From contig NIVC01004930.1 of NCBI GenBank assembly GCA_002269645.1, positions 1 through 31,112 of the forward strand: a stretch of DNA of 31,112 nt, given 5' to 3'. Source of the stretch: Macrostomum lignano (lineage: Eukaryota). Shown here one piece after another: positions 1-9,928 of this stretch; the first letter of the stretch is position 1, and each line of letters opens with the position of its first letter. The position numbers were made by a program, and so were the translations under genes. A model generated the notes under the pieces. It worked only from the letters and a program-made list of their open reading frames with translations. It searched no databases and was not told the origin of the DNA.

Positions 1-470
1 AAGTAGACAGGCGAGACTGTTGAGTAGACAGGGAGACTGTTGAGTAGACAGGGAGACTGTTAAGGGTAGACAGGGAGACTGTTGGTAGACAGGGAGACTG
101 TTGGGTAGACAGGGGACTGTTGGGTAGACAGGGAGACTGTTGGGTAGACAGGGAGACTGTTGGGTAGACAGGGAGACTGTTGGGTAGACAGGGAGACTGT
201 TGGGTAGACAGGGAGACTGTTGGGTAGACAGGGAGACTGTTGGGTAGACAGGGAGACTGTTGGGTGACAGGGAGACTGTTGGGTAGACAGGAGACTGTTG
301 GGTGAACAGGGAGACTGTTGGGTAGAGACAGGGAGACTGTTGGGTAGACAGGGAGACTGTTGCGATAGTTGGGTAGACAGGGAGACTGTTGGGTGGACAG
401 GGAGACTGTTGGGTAGACACGGAGACTGTTGAGTAGACAGGGAGACTGTTAGGTAGATAGAAAGACGATA
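1..470. repeat. 20-bp minisatellite (GGGTAGACAGGGAGACTGTT)n, truncated by window edge
   Basis: Period-20 repetition read directly (three units per 60-nt line at 121-240). Confidence 0.95.
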
Positions 471-504
471 GACATAGTTGGTAGACAGGGAAACAGACAC
501 AAAA

Positions 505-985
505 TAGCAGGGTCACAGACACAGGATAGCAGGGTCACAGACACAGGATAGCTGGGTCACAGACACAGGATAGCAGGGTCACAGACACAGGATAGCAGGG
601 TCACATACACAGGATAGCAGGGTCACAGACACAGGATAGCAGGGTCACAGACACAGGATAGCAGGGTCACATACACAGGATAGCAGGGTCACAGACACAG
701 GATAGCAGGGTCACAGACACAGGATAGCTGGGTCACAGACACAGGATAGCTGGGTCACAGACACAGGATAGCAGGGTCACAGACACAGGATAGCTGGGTC
801 ACAGACACAGGATAGCAGGGTCACAGACACAGGATAGCAGGGTCACAGACACAGGATAGCTGGGTCACAGACACAGGATAGCTGGGTCACAGACACATGA
901 TAGCTGGGTCTCAGACACAGGATAGCTGGGTCACAGACACAGGATAGCAGGTTCACATACACAGGATAGCAGGGTCACAGACACA
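505..985. repeat. 22-bp minisatellite (ACAGGATAGCAGGGTCACAGAC)n
   Basis: Units start at 543, 565 and so on; A/T variant gcag/gctg. Confidence 0.95.
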
Positions 986-1102
986 TTGACAGATAAATGG
1001 ACAGACAGGATCAGTGAGTGACCAGGTACATCAGGTATTTCCCTAATCCCTAATCAGCCAGGCGAATCCCCTGTTCATGCAAGTGCACTCTCAGCGCACT
1101 CG

Positions 1103-1522
1103 ATGGCCATCTCCGCCGCAGCGTCCTGCCTGTTCTCCAGCCTGTTCTCCCTGCTGCTGTTCGCCGGCATGCAGCTGTTCAAGGCCCAGCTAGCCGACAG
1201 CAAGCTCGGCACCATTCTTGGCGGCGGCCTTGGCTCCCTGCTATTCATCCTGCTGCTCACGGCTGTGAATAACTTTGAGAACGCCTTCATTCAGCGCGGA
1301 TTCCAGTCCCAGCTGTTCCCAGAGGTGGTTGGCAGCCTCGCACTGGCCTGCATCGCCTCTGGCATGGTGCACCGGGTCTGCATCACCACCTGCTTTATCT
1401 TCTCGCTGGTGGCTCTTTACTATGTCAACAGCCTGTCGCAGAAGATCTACGCTGCTCCCGTTGAAGCCGCCGCCGCTGCCGCCCTCGCCAGCGCCAATTC
1501 CAACAAGAAGAAGCGAAAGTAG
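1103..1522 (+). CDS. KRTCAP2: Keratinocyte-associated protein 2 (KCP2, oligosaccharyltransferase accessory subunit), single coding exon, 139 aa
   Basis: Colinear with recalled human KRTCAP2: SLLLFAGMQ, LTAVNNFEN, FPE, GMVHRVCITTCFIFS, LYYVN. Hydrophobic TM segments, C-terminal KKKRK (di-lysine ER-retrieval type), strong C/G codon bias. Confidence 0.93.
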   Translation: MAISAAASCLFSSLFSLLLFAGMQLFKAQLADSKLGTILGGGLGSLLFILLLTAVNNFENAFIQRGFQSQLFPEVVGSLALACIASGMVHRVCITTCFIFSLVALYYVNSLSQKIYAAPVEAAAAAALASANSNKKKRK

Positions 1523-1584
1523 ACATTTGACCTTCTTTGTCCGGGTTGACTAGGGGCGTTTGGGTAGTTTATTGGTCTTATCTG

Positions 1585-3022
1585 GATGGTCTGACAGATG
1601 TGTCTTATCTATGGTCTGACAGATGTGTCTCATCTATGGTCTGACAGATGTGTCTTATCTATGGTCTGACAGATGTGTCTTATCTATGGTCTGACAGATG
1701 TGTCTCATCTATGGTCTGACACATGTGTCTCATCTATGGTCTGACACGTGTCTCATCTATGGTCTGACAGATGTGTCTCATCTATGGTCTGACACGTGTC
1801 TCATCTATGGTCTGACAGATGTGTCTCATTTATGGTCTGACAGATGTGTCTCATCTATGGTCTGACAGATGTGTCTCATCTATGGTCTGACAGATGTGTC
1901 TCATCTATGGTCTGACAGATGTGTCTCATATATGGTCTGACAGATGTGTCTCATCTATGGTCTGACACATGTGTCTCATCTATGGTCTGACACGTGTCTC
2001 ATCTATGGTCTGACAGATGTGTCTCATCTATGGTCTGACACATGTGTCTCATCTATGGTCTGACACGTGTCTCATCTATGGTCTGACAGATGTGTCTCAT
2101 CTATGGTCTGACAGATGTGTCTCATCTATGGTCTGACAGATGTGTCTCATCTATGGTCTGACACGTGTCTCATCTATGGTCTGACAGATGTGTCTCATCT
2201 ATGGTCTGACACATGTGTCTCATCTATGGTCTGACACGTGTCTCATCTATGGTCTGACAGAAGTGTCTCATCTATGGTCTGACAGATGTGTCTCATCTAT
2301 GGTCTGACACGTGTCTCATCTATGGTCTGACAGATGTGTCTCATCTATGGTCTGACAGAAGTGTCTCATCTATGGTCTGACAGATGTGTCTCATCTATGG
2401 TCTGACAGAAGTGTCTCATCTATGGTCTGACAGATGTGTCTCATCTATGGTCTGACACGTGTCTCATCTATGGTCTGACAGATGTGTCTCATCTATGGTC
2501 TGACAGATCTATGGTCTGTCTCATCTATGGTCTGACAGATGTGTCTCATCTATGGTCTGACAGATGTGTCTCATCTATGGTCTGACACGTGTCTCATCTA
2601 TGGTCTGACAGATGTGTCTCATCTATGGTCTGACACGTGTCTCATCTATGGTCTGACAGATGTGTCTCATCTATGGTCTGACAGAAGTGTCTCATCTATG
2701 GTCTGACAGAAGTGTCTCATCTATGGTCTGACAGATGTGTCTCATCTATGGTCTGACACGTGTCTCATCTATGGTCTGACACGTGTCTCATCTATGGTCT
2801 GACACGTGTCTCATCTATGGTCTGACACGTGTCTCATCTATGGTCTGACACGTGTCTCATCTATGGTCTGACACGTGTCTCATCTATGGTCTGACACGTG
2901 TCTCATCTATGGTCTGACACGTGTCTCATCTATGGTCTGACACGTGTCTCATCTATGGTCTGACACGTGTCTCATCTATGGTCTGACACGTGTCTCATCT
3001 ATGGTCTGACAGATGTGTCTCA
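1585..3022. repeat. Mixed 25-bp/23-bp minisatellite (TATGGTCTGACAGATGTGTCTCATC / TATGGTCTGACACGTGTCTCATC)
   Basis: Read directly; the 23-bp variant forms a pure block at about 2750-3000. Confidence 0.95.
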
Positions 3023-3904
3023 TTTGTAGCATTATTATCCTCTATAGATATGTCTGATCCGGATACAGAGTTCAGCTATTGTACAACAGTTAAGAGAATT
3101 CTCATACGAGTTCTGTCTATGAGTTTGGAAATTACTCTGATCTATATATGAATCAAATTAGGCGTTCAACATTATTAATTATCGCCGTTTTGCTTTATTA
3201 TCACTAATCCCATTTCTTTATTTATAAAATTAGAATTCTTTATTCCTGAACAAATTGGCTAATGTTTTATCACTTCTAGCGTTTTCTACAGCATGTTATT
3301 CTCTGTTCTGTAGCAAAATGTAACAAAAACTTGGTTGGTCACATGTTTATTTAATAAGTAGCAATGAATTAGCTAGTAATTAGTTAGGTTTGGCTAAAAA
3401 TATTTGCCATAATTTCCTTGTCCAATCGCAATATCAAATTTGATTTCTTTTTGCCTTTTATGTTGAAAATTCTCATCAATATTTGTCTTCTCAGACTACT
3501 CAGTTATTAGTAGTCTAAAATGGGATATTTTCAAACGAAAGAAACAAATTATAAATTTGAATCGATGAATGCCAAAACGTGCCAATTCTAATGCCGGTTG
3601 CCTCACCCTTGCTTGGCGTGAGCCTTGGTTTCGGTTGACTCGCGCTGAATTTTTTTATCTGGCTGGCTTGAGACCGAGTTTCCTCATCTGGTGTCGGGTG
3701 TGCCTAATTTATTATTTGTCATTTCTGCTCTACTCTTGTCAAGTTTTGTCTGCTATGATACCATTAGCTAGTTTTTGTGTGTCTGTCGGTTCATTTTATT
3801 TGGCTAGCTATCGTATAACTAAATATAAAGCATTCTAGGATTTGCAAAAAAATCGTTTTAATTCTTCTATTTTGTAAGCGATAAATACTTCTAGTCAGGC
3901 TTGC

Positions 3905-4330
3905 CAACCACTCTCCCAGATCCTCAGACTGAGCAGCCAGCCTCCCAGATCCTCAGACTGAGCAGCCAGCCTCCCAGATCCTCAGACTGAGCAGCCAGCC
4001 TCCCAGATCCTCAGACTGAGCAGCCAGCCTCCCAGATCCTCAGACTGAGCAGCCAGCCTCCCAGATCCTCAGACTGAGCAGCCAGCCTCCCAGATCCTCA
4101 GACTGAGCAGCCAGCCTCCCAGATCCTCAGACTGAGCAGCCAGCCTCCCAGATCCTCAGACTGAGCAGCCAGCCTCCCAGATCCTCAGAAAGCTGCAGTG
4201 CAGCGTTGCAGCCAGCCTCCCAGATCCTCAGTTGCTGTAGAGTTTTGCCAGCCTCCCAGATCCTCAGTTGCCCAGCCTTTCAGTTGCCCAGCCTCCCAAA
4301 TGCTTCGATCCTCAGTTGCTGGCCAGCCTT
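3905..4330. repeat. 29-bp minisatellite (CCCAGATCCTCAGACTGAGCAGCCAGCCT)n, perfect to ~4190, degenerate copies run into the PCCB start
   Basis: About ten identical units, then diverged copies at 4210-4330. Confidence 0.93.
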
Positions 4331-4737
4331 CGTGGCCTGCTGTCCTTGCCCGGCTCCGCCAGCTGCCCGGCGCCCTGTCGCTGCGCACCACCTACTCGGC
4401 GGCGCTGACCCTGCGAGTGCGCGAAAAGATCGCGGATACCCGTCGCCGATCGCAAGAGGGCGGCGGCGCCAAGCGAATCGACGCCCAGCACCAGAAGGGC
4501 AAGCTGACCGCCCGGGAGCGAATCGAGCTTCTCATGGACCCTGGCAGCTTTCGCGAATACGACGCCTTCGTTGAGCACGACTGCATCGACTTCGGCATGG
4601 AAAAGTCCAAGACCCCGGCCGACAGCGTGGTGACGGGGCACGGCCTCATCCACGGCCGGCCGGCGTTCGTGTTCAGCCAGGACTTCACCGTCTACGGTGG
4701 CAGCCTCTCACTGGCCCACGCCAAGAAGATTTGCAAG
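4300..4737 (+). CDS. PCCB: Propionyl-CoA carboxylase beta chain, exon 1 (mitochondrial presequence plus start of carboxyltransferase domain)
   Basis: [22 protein letters not shown]... is Arg/Ser/Leu-rich and lacks acidic residues. Then [27 protein letters not shown] and [12 protein letters not shown]...KICK match recalled PCCB. Donor AAG|gtctgc, phase 0. Join 4300-4737,5267-5543,6195-6364,7816-8273,8789-9071 = 1626 nt = 541 aa + stop. Confidence 0.93.
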
Positions 4738-4787
4738 GTCTGCTCGCTGAAAAGTTTTCTTCCGGCATCTTTGTTACATTTTATTTG

Positions 4788-5231
4788 TGACGTCATTATT
4801 CATTATGACGTCATTTTTATCTTGGGTTACGTAATCCACCCGTGCAAGCTAAATGGCGTCAAATTTAGAGATTCTTTGTCGAAGTGTCGGACTGTGAATA
4901 ATTTTCAGAGAACTATTTCTTTTAGTTAAATCAGGGGTGGGAAAACTCCAACCTGTGGGCCATATGCGGCGCTATATCCGGCACTCAGGTCCTTGGACAC
5001 TTTAGACTGGCAATCCGCTCTTCTCAGTTATCTCCTCTCCCCTCCTCCCTCTCCTCTTCTCTCCTCTCATCCCATGTAAACTCTCTTATCTTATCTCCTC
5101 TTCTCTCCCCCCCTATTTCCCCCCCCCCTATCTCGTATCTTTGATGACGTCATTGTAGTTCTTCTATCTATGACATCATCTTTGGCATGTTTTTTGTTGG
5201 ATGAAGTCATCGTCGTCTAGTTATGACGTCA
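4788..5231. promoter_or_regulatory. Cluster of CRE-type palindromes (TGACGTCA) in PCCB intron 1
   Basis: Perfect TGACGTCA at 4788, 4806, 5145, 5224; one-mismatch TGACATCA at 5171 and TGAAGTCA at 5202. Function unproven. Confidence 0.35.
4932..4970 (+). mobile_element. Possible hAT-type DNA transposon/MITE 5' terminus fragment
   Basis: CAGGGGTGGGAAAACT...GGGCCATATGCGGC resembles hAT MITE ends (CAGGGGT...AAAC, GGGCCACATGCGGC). I found no matching 3' TIR or TSD. Confidence 0.3.
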
Positions 5232-5266
5232 TCGTGTCTACTAAGTCTCCCCCCATCGCCCCATAG

Positions 5267-5543
5267 GTGATGGACCAGGCCATGGTGGTCGGCGCCCCGG
5301 TCATCGGCCTCAACGACAGCGGCGGCGCCCGCATCCAGGAGGGCGTGGCCAGCCTGGCCGGCTATGCCGACATCTTCGAGCGCAACGTGCTGGCCTCCGG
5401 CGTGGTGCCGCAGATCTCCATGATCATGGGACCCTGCGCCGGCGGCGCCGTGTACTCCCCTGCCCTCACCGACTTCATCTTCATGGTGGAGCAGTCCTCC
5501 TACCTGTTCATCACCGGCCCCGATGTGGTCAAGACTGTTACTG
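5267..5543 (+). CDS. PCCB: PCCB exon 2
   Basis: cccatag|GTG ATG GAC; VMDQA...[14 protein letters not shown]...[17 protein letters not shown]...[12 protein letters not shown]; donor G|gtgagc, phase 1. Confidence 0.95.
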
Positions 5544-5579
5544 GTGAGCCCTGCTGCCCAGCGCCTTCGCCCGGCTCTC

Positions 5580-6090
5580 TGACTCTCCGTCTGACTCTGA
5601 CTTCTCTCTTGCTGACTCTCTGACTCTGATATCCCTCTGTCTGACCCTCAGACTCGGACATCCCTCAACCTGACTCTCTGACATCCTTCTACCCGACTCT
5701 CTGACATCCCTCTACCTGACTCTCTGACATCCCTCTACCTGACTCTCTGACATCCCTCTACCTGATTCTCTGACATCCCTCTACCTGACTCTGACATCCC
5801 TCTACCTGACTCTGACATCCCTCTACCCGACTCTCTGACATCCCTCTATCTGACTCGAACATCCCTCTGACTCTGACATCCCTCTACCTGACTCTGACAT
5901 CCCTCTACCTGACTCTGACATCCCTCTACCTGACTCTGACATCTCTCTATCTGACTCTCTAACATTCTCTAACTGACTCTGACATTCTCCATCTGACTCT
6001 CTAACATTCTCTATCTGACTCTGACATTCTCTATCTGACTCTCTGACATCCTCTATCTGACTCTCTGACATTCTCTATCTGACTCTCTAA
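5580..6090. repeat. Pyrimidine-rich ~23-25-bp minisatellite (TCTGACATCCCTCTACCTGACTC[TC])n in PCCB intron 2
   Basis: Read directly. Confidence 0.9.
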
Positions 6091-6194
6091 CATTTAATCT
6101 GCTCGCAGCAATCTTCACAGTTTATTTATCACAAACTCTGGGCCTTATGGTTTGCGTCTCCACCTCACCGTCGCTTCCTTCCCGCCGCACCCAG

Positions 6195-6364
6195 GCGAGA
6201 ATGTCACCCAGGAGGAGCTGGGCGGCTCCAAGACCCACACCGTCACCTCGGGCGTGGCGCATCGCGCCTTCGAGAACGACGTCGACGCTCTGGCTACCCT
6301 GCGCGAGCTGTACACCTTCTTGCCGCTGTCCAATCGCGACAGGGCCCCCATCCGCGAGTGTCAG
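6195..6364 (+). CDS. PCCB: PCCB exon 3
   Basis: cccag|GC completes Gly; [32 protein letters not shown]...PIRECQ; donor CAG|gtgagt, phase 0. Confidence 0.95.
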
Positions 6365-6419
6365 GTGAGTCCGTTCTCGGAGTTCTCAACCTCTTGATCA
6401 ATTTTCTAGCAGTTTTACA

Positions 6420-7070
6420 CAGTTGTTGACTCGCTGACCCAGTTGTTGGGTCCCCCTGACACAGTTGTTGACTCGCTGACCCAGTTGTTAAGTCCCTGAC
6501 CCAGTTGTTGACTCGCTGACCCAGTTTTCGAGTCCCTGACCCAGTTGTTGACTCGCTGACTCACTGTTTACTCACTGACCCAGTTGTTAAGTCCCTGACC
6601 CAGTTGTTGACTCGCTGACCCAGTTGTTGAGTCCCTGACCCAGTTGTTGACTCGCTGACCCAGTTGTTGAGTTCCTGACCCAGTTGTTTACTCGCTGACC
6701 CAGTTGTTGAGTTCCTGACTCAGTTGTTGACTCGCTGACCCAGTTGTTGAGTTCCTGACCCAGTTGTTGACTCGCTGACCTAGTTGTTGAGTCCCTGACC
6801 CTGTTGTTGACTCGCTGACCCAGTTGTTGAGTTCCTGACCCAGTTGTTGACTCGCTGACCCAGTTGTTGAGTCCCTGACCCAGTTGTTGACTCGCTGACT
6901 CACTCTCACTGTTTACTCACTGACCCAGTCGTTGACTCGCTGACCCAGTTGTTGACTCGCTGACCCAGTTGTTGAGTTCCTGACCCAGTTGTTGACTCGC
7001 TGACCTAGTTGTTGAGTCCCTGACCCAGTTGTTGACTTGCTGACCTAGTTGTTGACTCGCTGACGCGCTG
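6420..7070. repeat. Alternating 20+20-bp minisatellite (CTGACCCAGTTGTTGACTCG / CTGACCCAGTTGTTGAGTCC) in PCCB intron 3
   Basis: Read directly; dimeric 40-bp higher-order period. Confidence 0.92.
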
Positions 7071-7339
7071 ATAAATAATAAATAATAAATATTATAATAA
7101 TAAAATAAATATAAATATTTTTATATTAAAACAACATTTAAACTTGTAGGGTATGGTAAGTGCTTGCAGTTCAAAATTCGCAATTCAAATCCTTTGTGGG
7201 AGGAGCAGACAGCTGATTTTATTTAAATCCACGTATATTAAAATAAATAAATAATGTAATAATTATGATTCGTACTGTGTGTGGGTACATATTTGCAATT
7301 TGATTCGCAAAAATTGCCCTTGACAAATGCATTGGCTTG

Positions 7340-7800
7340 TCTTAATTGACCTATCCCCTGATTCATTGACCCACTCACTTGCTCATTTATTGACCCAACC
7401 ACTGATTCATTGACCCACCCACTGATTCATTCACCCACCCACTGATTCATTGACCCACCGGCACCCACTGATTCATTCACCCACCCACTGATTCATTGAC
7501 CCACCCACTGATTCATTGACCCACCGGCCACTCCCTGATTCATTGACCCACCGGGCACTCCCTGATTTTCATTGACCCACCGGCCACTCCCTAATTCATT
7601 GACCCACCGGCCACTCCCTGATTTTCATTGACCCACCGGCCACTCCCTGATTTTCATTGACCCACCGGCCACTCCCTGATTTTCATTGACCCACCGGCCA
7701 CTCCCTGATTCATTGACCCACCGGCCACTCCCTGATTCATTGACCCACCGGCACCCCTTGATTCATAGACCCACCGGCCACCCCCTGACTCATTGACCCA
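7340..7800. repeat. ~18- to 29-bp minisatellite (CCACTCCCTGATTCATTGACCCACCGG)n ending at the intron 3 acceptor
   Basis: Read directly; the last unit grades into ...gttgacccgcag. Confidence 0.9.
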
Positions 7801-7815
7801 CACGTTGACCCGCAG

Positions 7816-8273
7816 GACTCGCCAGACCGCGTGGTGCCGGCCCTGGACACGGTGGTGCCCCTGGAGACGACCAGCGCCTACGACATGCTCGACGTGATTC
7901 GCGGCATCGTTGATGAAGAGGAGTTCTTTGAAATCATGCCCAAGCACGCCAAGAACATCGTGATCGGCTTCGGCCGGATGCACGGCCAGACGGTTGGTTT
8001 CCTTGGTAACCAGCCCAAGGTGGCCGCCGGCTGCCTGGACATCAACGCGTCCGTTAAGGGCGCCCGGTTTGTCCGCTTCTGCGACGCCTTCAACATCCCG
8101 CTGGTGACGCTGGTTGACGTGCCCGGCTTCCTGCCCGGCACCCAGCAGGAGTTCAATGGCATCATCAAGCACGGCGCCAAGCTGATCTACGCCTACGCCG
8201 AGGCCACCGTGCCGAAAATTACCGTCATCACGCGCAAGGCCTACGGCGGCGCCTACTGCGTTATGAGCTCCAA
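7816..8273 (+). CDS. PCCB: PCCB exon 4
   Basis: ccgcag|GAC TCG; [19 protein letters not shown]...[45 protein letters not shown]...[14 protein letters not shown]; donor AA|gtgagt, phase 2. Confidence 0.96.
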
Positions 8274-8348
8274 GTGAGTTTTGCACGCCTGCTTTTAGTG
8301 TATGTGACTAGCAGACAAGCCCTCCTTTGGGGTTTCTGACGCTTACTC

Positions 8349-8531
8349 TAGCCTAGTGGTTAGAGCGTTGGACTCACAACTGAGTGGTCGGGGGTTCGAT
8401 TCTCGACCCAGTCGGAACAATTTGTGTCCTCAAGCAAGACACTTAACTCTGCATTACGTCAGTTCACCCAGCTGTAAAATGGGTACCAGCTTTAGCTGGG
8501 GTAATTCAGGGTGTGTGGCGACCCCCCCCCC
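8349..8531 (+). mobile_element. tRNA-derived SINE with a CORE-like central domain, in PCCB intron 4
   Basis: A-box TAGCCTAGTGG (8349-8359) and B-box GGTTCGATTCT (8393-8403). 8423-8483 aligns without gaps to the recalled MIR CORE consensus at 43/61 identities by my count. Confidence 0.8.
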
Positions 8532-8788
8532 AGTCCTTGAATTATATTAATTTATGAAAAAAATCCAATCAGCTTGGTATATTTTTGATACACATCGGCA
8601 ATAGAGCCCTCAAAAAGTGTCAATCATCTAGCTATATGCCGTACTGCAAAGTGTTTTTTAGATACATATCGAACATCTTTGCCTAGAGTCTGAAAAAAGG
8701 CTTGTAACATTACAGTATCAAAATCATCTCTCTGTGAAGTATGTTTTCGATACATATCGTCGCAAACTAAACTACGTCTACGTTTCAG

Positions 8789-9071
8789 GCACCTCCGCGG
8801 CGACGTGAACTACGCCTGGCCAAGCGCCGAAATCGCCGTGATGGGCGCCCAGGGTGCCGTTAAAATCATCTTCCGCGGCAAGGACCAGGCTCAGGCCGAG
8901 ACTGACTACGTTGACAAGTTCGCCAACCCGTTCCCGGCCGCTGTCCGCGGCTACGTTGACGATATTGTGCAGCCGCGCTTCACTCGCCAGCTGATCTGCC
9001 GCGACCTGGAGCTGCTGCGCACCAAATCCCAGACCAACCCGTGGCGCAAGCATGGCAACATGCCGCTGTGA
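8789..9071 (+). CDS. PCCB: PCCB exon 5 (terminal)
   Basis: tttcag|G completes Lys; [24 protein letters not shown]...[17 protein letters not shown]...[10 protein letters not shown] matches the PCCB C-terminus. Confidence 0.96.
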
Positions 9072-9928
9072 TGAGGAATGGACTCCGACCGTCTGCTATG
9101 ATGCAGCTTGCGTTAAACTACTGACAGTAGCGTGTTCTCCCCGTAGGCTCTCTATATACGAGTACGAGTAGATAGTTTTTTATTGAGTAATAGTTATTGT
9201 CATATTTGCACCGCATACTACTGATCCACTTTTTGACATTTTCTAATCCAAATTAAAAGATAATACTCGTTCGCTTTTTATATTACTTTTATTAGATAAA
9301 GTTGATCAGCAGTATAATATAATTAGTTTGGCATTATAAATTAGCAGCTCCTATCTCTGGCTTCAAAGCCCAATAGCTACAGTTATAGATGTTGTGACGA
9401 AGATCTACTTATTATATCTTGCCATTTTTTGTTCGCTAGCAGCTCAACTTTGAGCACTAAAATAATTGTCAATGCTCCCAGACAGACAACTGACTGTCTC
9501 TGACTCTGTGTGGCTCAGTTCGGACCCCTTCTCTCCCCAATGTGTTTTTGTCTTTGTTCGTTTGCTTTCAGTAGACATCTGTGCAGTCTGTGGCCTAGCT
9601 CACTGCTCTAGACAATATTTATATTTGCAATGGATGGAAAATTCGTTAAACAGAAACACACTGCAACAAAGATCGCAAAGTCTTTGTCCTACTTCTAAAG
9701 AATCTGAATCCTACAGAAAAATACACGACCGCTCCGCATCGTTTCCAATTAGCTGTGTTGTTTTCAAGCTTAGAAGCATTAGTAAAAAAAATATTCAGTA
9801 TCGGTCCGTTAGTTTTTTATTTTAAAGGCCCACTAAAAAAGCTTTTAACTATAATCCGTGTGCTTAAAAGCGCTGCATGTCTCAGAGCCGGCAACTTTTC
9901 TACACCAATAGCAGCAATGCAAAGTCAG

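Noticed and set aside
1041-1055. CCCTAATCCCTAATC telomere-like motif
   Set aside because: Only two imperfect units.
3905-4190. Regular repeats (also 1585-3022 and 30055-30732) superficially like CRISPR arrays
   Set aside because: Units are head-to-tail with no unique spacers, context is eukaryotic, and there are no cas genes.
4198-4299. Upstream GTG start extending PCCB by 34 aa
   Set aside because: Extension is degenerate repeat; ATG 4300 gives a normal presequence and a typical PCCB length.
8349-8412. Functional tRNA gene
   Set aside because: Anticodon and acceptor stems do not pair properly and the sequence runs into a SINE core.
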